Source: Aplysia californica
Taxonomy: Eukaryota
NCBI RefSeq assembly: GCF_000002075.1
Contig: NW_004797359.1
Span: 1,532,711-1,596,710, forward strand
Reading direction: 5' to 3'
DNA length: 64,000 nucleotides
The translations under genes and the position numbers were made by a program. The notes beneath the pieces were generated by a model, which was not told the DNA's origin, made no database searches, and saw only the letters and a list, made by a program, of their open reading frames with translations. Shown piece by piece: positions 59,812 to 64,000 of this stretch. How positions within the stretch are numbered: position 1 is the first letter of the stretch; each line of letters begins with the position of its first letter.

Positions 59812-62800
59812 GATCAAGGAGGACTTACAGAGTCCTTTCTCCCCACAGAGTGACAAGTTCAACAATAGCTGCAGTATATGAGCTGTCGCTGGAGACAGAG
59901 AGAACAAGTGTTAACGATGTAATGAACGAGCCATAGCAAAAATGAGTCGTTAGTTTGTGTGAGTAAAGAGATGCACATCAAAACAATAACGTTCATTTAC
60001 TGCTGGGAAAAAAGTAAGAAAGACAGACAGAAACAACAGAGGAGAAATAAATAAATAGCACCTACTAGTGGCACCCTCTAATAACCATTAAATTTTTTAA
60101 AATCAGTTGAAGCTGGAGAGAGAAGGAATGAGTCTAATAACTCTACCAGCTATGATAACTTTATCTTCTCTGATAGCTCTATGTACTCTAATAACTTTAC
60201 CATCTCCTTTAAATTTACCTTCTCTGATAACTCTATGTACTCCAACAACTTTACCTTCTCTGAGAACTCTATGTACTCCAACAACTTTACCTTCTCTGAT
60301 AACTCTACGTACTCCAACAACTTTACCTTCTCTGATAACTCTATGTACTCCAACAACTTTACCTTCTCCGATAACTTTAACTTCTCTGATAACTCTGTGT
60401 ACTCCAACAACTTTACCTTCTCCAATAATTTTAACTTCTCTGATAACTCAATGTACTCCAACAACTTTACCTTCTCTGATAACTTGGTGTACTCTGATAA
60501 CTCTATGCACCCCTATAACTCTATGGACTCTGATAACTTTACCTTCTCTGACAACTCCGATAACTCTATGTACTCTGATAACTCTAGGTACTCCCATAAC
60601 TCTATGTGTTCTGATAACGCTATGTACTCCTCCGATAACTCTATGTACTCTGATAGCTCGACATACTCCGATTACTCTACCTCCTATAATATCTCTGATA
60701 ACTCTACCAACTGTGATAACTCTACCTTTTCTGATAACTCTACCTCCTCCAATATCTCTATGTACTCCGATAACTCTATATAATGTACTCTTCCAATAAC
60801 TCTATGTACTCCGATAACTCAATATACTCCGATGACTCTACCTCCTCCAATATCTCTATATACTCCGATAACTCTACCTCCTCCGATATCTCTATATACT
60901 CCGATAACTCTACCAACTGTGATAACTCTACCTCCTCCAAAACCTCTATATACTCCGATAACTCTACCTCTTCCGATATCTCTATATACTCCGATAACTC
61001 TACCAACTGTGATTTATATTCTTTGTACTCTGATAACTCGATTAGTCCGATAACTCTATGTACTCTGATAAAGTCTTAGTTGTTTTTATGTCCCCATCTA
61101 TACAATTAAGATCATTTGGGAGGCCAGCCTCTGACCCTTCCTGTCATGTCAAAGCCAATGCGGGTAGAGAGGGATACATTATCCCAACAAAAACTTTAGT
61201 TTTAGTAGGAGTTTTACAGCACTTGCAACACAATAAGTTCATATAAGTACCGAAGATTAAAAGTGTTACAAGAGAGTAACAAGCACAAAAAAGAAGGAGG
61301 GGAGATAAAGACGATAGATGTTTGATAGGAAAGAAGAAGAAAACCACACCAGAGCACCCGCCAACCACCTATCCAGCAGAAAGACAGAGATACTATTAGA
61401 TCTAGATAAAAATTTATTCTCCCTCGGGAATCAAGCTAAAGTTTCCTGTGTACAACAGCGAGGCACCTAACCGCTACACTATAGACACCAGTCTGGCTGT
61501 CTGTCAACATACACAGCTACTTGTCTTTCAGTCTGTCAACGTACACACCTGCCAGTCTGTCAACATACACACCTGCCAGTCAGGCAACATACACACCTGC
61601 TAGTATAACAGTCTGTCAACACACACACATATTTGTCTTTCAGTCTGTCAACATACACACTTGCTAGTCTGACAGTCTGTCAACATACACACCTGCCAGT
61701 CAGGCAGTCTGTCAACATACACACCTGCTAGTCTGACAGTCTGTCAACATACACACCTGCTAGTCTGACAGTCTGTCAACATACACAACTGCTAGTCTGA
61801 CAGTCTGTCAACATACACACCTGCCAGTCAGGCAGTCTGTCAACATACACACCTGCTAGTCTGACAGTCTGTCAACATACACACCTGCTAGTCTGACAGT
61901 CTGTCAACATACACAACTGCTAGTCTGACAGTCTGTCAACATACACACCTGCTAGTCTGACAGTCTGTCAACATACACACCTACCAGTCAGGCAGTCTGT
62001 CAACATACACAACTGCTAGTCTGGCAGTCTGTCAACATACACATCTACCAGTCAGGCAGTCTGTCAACATACACATCAGCTAGTCTGACAGTCTGTCAAC
62101 ATACATACCAGCTATTCCGGCAGTCTGTCAACATACACACCTGCTAGTCTGACAGTCTGTCAACATACACATCTGCTAGTCTGACAGTCTGTCAACATAC
62201 ACACCTATCAGTCAGGCAGTCTGTCAACATACACATCAGCTAGTCTGACAGTCTGTTAACATACATACCAGCTACTCCGGCAGTCTGTCAACATACACAC
62301 CTGCTAGTCTGACAGTCTGTCAACATACACAACTGCTAGTCTGGCAGTCTGTCAACATACACATCTACTTGTCTTTCAGTCTGTCAACATACACACCTGC
62401 CAGTCTGACAGTCCACTAGTCTGACAGTCGGTCAACATACACACCTGCTGGTCTGGCAGTCAGACTGGTAAGAGAAAGCACACTGTAGAATCACGTCCAG
62501 CGCAAGTTTGTCAATCAGATCAAACAGTTCAAAAGCTTCTTCCTTGACTGAAAACGCTTCCATTTTCGTCTGGAGAAAAAAAGGTTTCTATTACCAATTG
62601 AAGTACATCTTGTAGCCCACATGATGTCACAGCACAGTTTAAATCTAATAAAACTGACTTGATGGATAAGTCATTGATTCTTTTACTCGTTACAATTAAA
62701 TATTACTAAAAATTTATGTCAACGACAACAGTCTACTTAAATTATGCAGCCTGACACACTGATAATCCAGGGAGTTGGGAGCCAATTGCTTATTCAAAAC

Positions 62801-63794
62801 TTTAGAACAAATAAACTCACACTCTAGTATGTAAGCTTGATTTATCTTACAGCAATAAACAAAGAAGTTAAATAAAATTGTATTTCACATTCAAGTCTAG
62901 CAATTAAATCCGAAGATGCAAAAGAAAAAAAAATTGGGGTCAAACTTGTCATACCAGTATTCTAATGAATCATAAGATTCATTCAAATGTGCTGGAGACT
63001 AAGCAAAAATTTCAGAGATCATATTTACTCCCACCTTGCACCTCACTTTAAGTTTACGATACTTTTCACACATGATAGCAAACTATATGCTATAGTTGGG
63101 ACACAAGGAACGCCCAGTGGTGTTCTTTCGCACTACCTTTTATTAGGCGTGTTCTATGATGTACTATCACACGTCTCACATAACCTGAGACTGTAAACAG
63201 TAGTGCAGTGGTTACGCGCTTCACCATCTCACGAAGATGGCCTAAGTTCAATTCCATTTGGAGAGAATTTCAATTGAATTGAGTATTTTGATCTTTCCGT
63301 TGGGCAGGGTGTTGTATCCCTCTTAGCCTGGGTTGGCCCTGAAAAGCAGCACCAGAGCCCACAAACTGAATAATCTAAATTATGTTGATGGGTTGGATAC
63401 AGCTACAACAGTGAATACAACACCCAAATCACAAAAGAACATTTTTTCAAATGTAAAAACCTTTTCAATGGACATGATCATTAACACCATACCTTTACCA
63501 AGAATATACTTTCAGCATTAAAGATTTAAATTTAAATACTACAAGCTAAAACTGCATAAAACACAATAATCTTTCAAAAGTGTGTTCATGGGATTTTAGC
63601 ACTTACAAGCATTGTGTTGGCACATGAATTGTACACAGCCATATATGGTTTGAGAATGTCGAAATGAAAAGCTGGAGTGAGGAGTCGTCTGCTCTTCGCC
63701 CATTTGCTGCCGTTTGAAAGTATGAGTCCTTCCCCGAGCCAAGGCAGACCCATATCATAGAAAGACACCAGAAACGATGACCTTGGTTTTGGGG
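51157..63794 (-). CDS. Cytochrome P450, CYP4 clan (CYP4F/4A-like), 3' ten exons; 5' end lies beyond the window
   Basis: Exons 63794-63607, 62569-62445, 59888-59829, 58780-58657, 57689-57542, 55328-55205, 54019-53889, 53380-53233, 51668-51603, 51256-51157; all GT-AG and phase-compatible. Motifs [65 protein letters not shown]. Confidence 0.95.
51603..51668 (-). CDS. CYP4 exon (heme-ligand Cys)
   Basis: [14 protein letters not shown]. Confidence 0.95.
51781..51959. mobile_element. MITE family D copy
   Basis: Inverted relative to the 19435 copy; TSD GTTTAG at 51775-51780 and 51960-51965. Confidence 0.85.
53233..53380 (-). CDS. CYP4 exon (PERF region and start of heme loop)
   Basis: [19 protein letters not shown]...FLPFSAGAR. 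Confidence 0.95.
53889..54019 (-). CDS. CYP4 exon (K-helix ExxR)
   Basis: [15 protein letters not shown]...IPKG. Confidence 0.93.
55205..55328 (-). CDS. CYP4 exon
   Basis: [25 protein letters not shown]. Confidence 0.93.
55361..55872 (+). mobile_element. tRNA-derived SINE, family B (Nin/Deu-like central domain, stem-loop tail)
   Basis: A box TGGCCTAGAGG, B box GGTTCGAATC, central GCACGTTAAAGATCCC..AAGAGTAGG, tail CATATGACCTTATGCAGTTGCGAGCGCCGTAAAAC then A-rich; three copies in the window. Confidence 0.85.
56623..57462. mobile_element. Tc1/mariner-pogo-type MITE
   Basis: TA-CAGTGGAACTC.GATTCA...TGAATCCGAGTTCCACTG-TA. Confidence 0.8.
57542..57689 (-). CDS. CYP4 exon (start of I-helix)
   Basis: KDFLDILLL...[13 protein letters not shown]. 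Confidence 0.93.
58129..58537 (-). mobile_element. Retroposon family C copy
   Basis: Reverse complement of 37435-37848; TSD GGAGAGCACTTT at 58117-58128 and 58538-58549. Confidence 0.85.
58657..58780 (-). CDS. CYP4 exon
   Basis: [37 protein letters not shown]. Confidence 0.9.
59559..59808. repeat. (CA)n microsatellite cluster (also ~980-1109)
   Basis: Read directly. Confidence 0.95.
59829..59888 (-). CDS. CYP4 exon
   Basis: [19 protein letters not shown]; phases fit. Confidence 0.85.
60130..61070. repeat. 18/36-bp minisatellite in a CYP4 intron
   Basis: Units ACTCTATGTACTCCGATA and ACTTTACCTTCTCTGATA; these explain the spurious ORFs at 60107-61079. Confidence 0.95.
61194..61368 (-). mobile_element. 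Family A copy inserted in a family G SINE (61085-61495)
   Basis: Reverse complement of 16050-16239, flanked by the two halves of a family G SINE. Confidence 0.75.
61495..62465. repeat. 32-bp minisatellite (~30 copies) in a CYP4 intron, derived from the exon-intron junction
   Basis: Unit CAGTCTGTCAACATACACACCTGCTAGTCTGA. Confidence 0.95.
62445..62569 (-). CDS. CYP4 exon
   Basis: [27 protein letters not shown]. Confidence 0.9.
63607..63794 (-). CDS. CYP4 exon (first in window)
   Basis: [34 protein letters not shown]. Confidence 0.93.
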
Positions 63795-64000
63795 CTAGAG
63801 GAAACAAAGCAGGACATACAGTCACGAATTGTTGAAGGTGGCCACCCATTGTCACAGAGAAAGGTGACTGTGTTAGACATGTAAAAACCTTAGACAGGGT
63901 AATGATAATACCCCCGGTACACAAAAAATAAATCAAAAAGTGAAGCGGGAAGAAGTTGTCTGTACAGGTGATTGTCTTGGACAGGTGACTGTAAGACCGA

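Noticed and set aside
60107-61079. Long ORFs in several frames (230 aa, 200 aa, etc.)
   Set aside because: They are translations of an 18/36-bp intronic minisatellite, open on both strands only because the unit is a stop-poor multiple of 3.
61495-62465. CRISPR-like regular 32-bp repeat
   Set aside because: Head-to-tail units with no unique spacers, no cas genes, and a eukaryotic intron context.

Overview
Repeat-rich, gapped animal genomic DNA, probably a lophotrochozoan such as a mollusc (inferred from the SINE types and gene content). I reconstructed five protein-coding genes by hand. (1,2) Two minus-strand C2H2 zinc-finger genes with single coding exons (9629-12379, 11 fingers; 40398-43601, 16 fingers). 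Both N-termini look like a domesticated Ty3/Gypsy Gag capsid, an invertebrate parallel to vertebrate SCAN-ZNFs and the most notable signal here. (3) MIIP on + (7 coding exons, 13421-20133). (4) A selenocysteine-containing PRXL2B/SelU3 on - (6 exons, 33181-23677) with an in-frame UGA in a UxxC motif and a candidate non-canonical SECIS at 21805-21897; the ORF track misses it. (5) The 3' ten exons of a CYP4-clan P450 on - (63794-51157). The rest is SINEs, RTE LINE fragments, MITEs (Tigger-, MULE- and Harbinger-like, plus a 6-bp-TSD family) and mini/microsatellites, one of which amplifies a real 5' splice site. No CRISPR, rRNA or genuine tRNA genes were seen. Family assignments come from recognised motifs; no database search was run.
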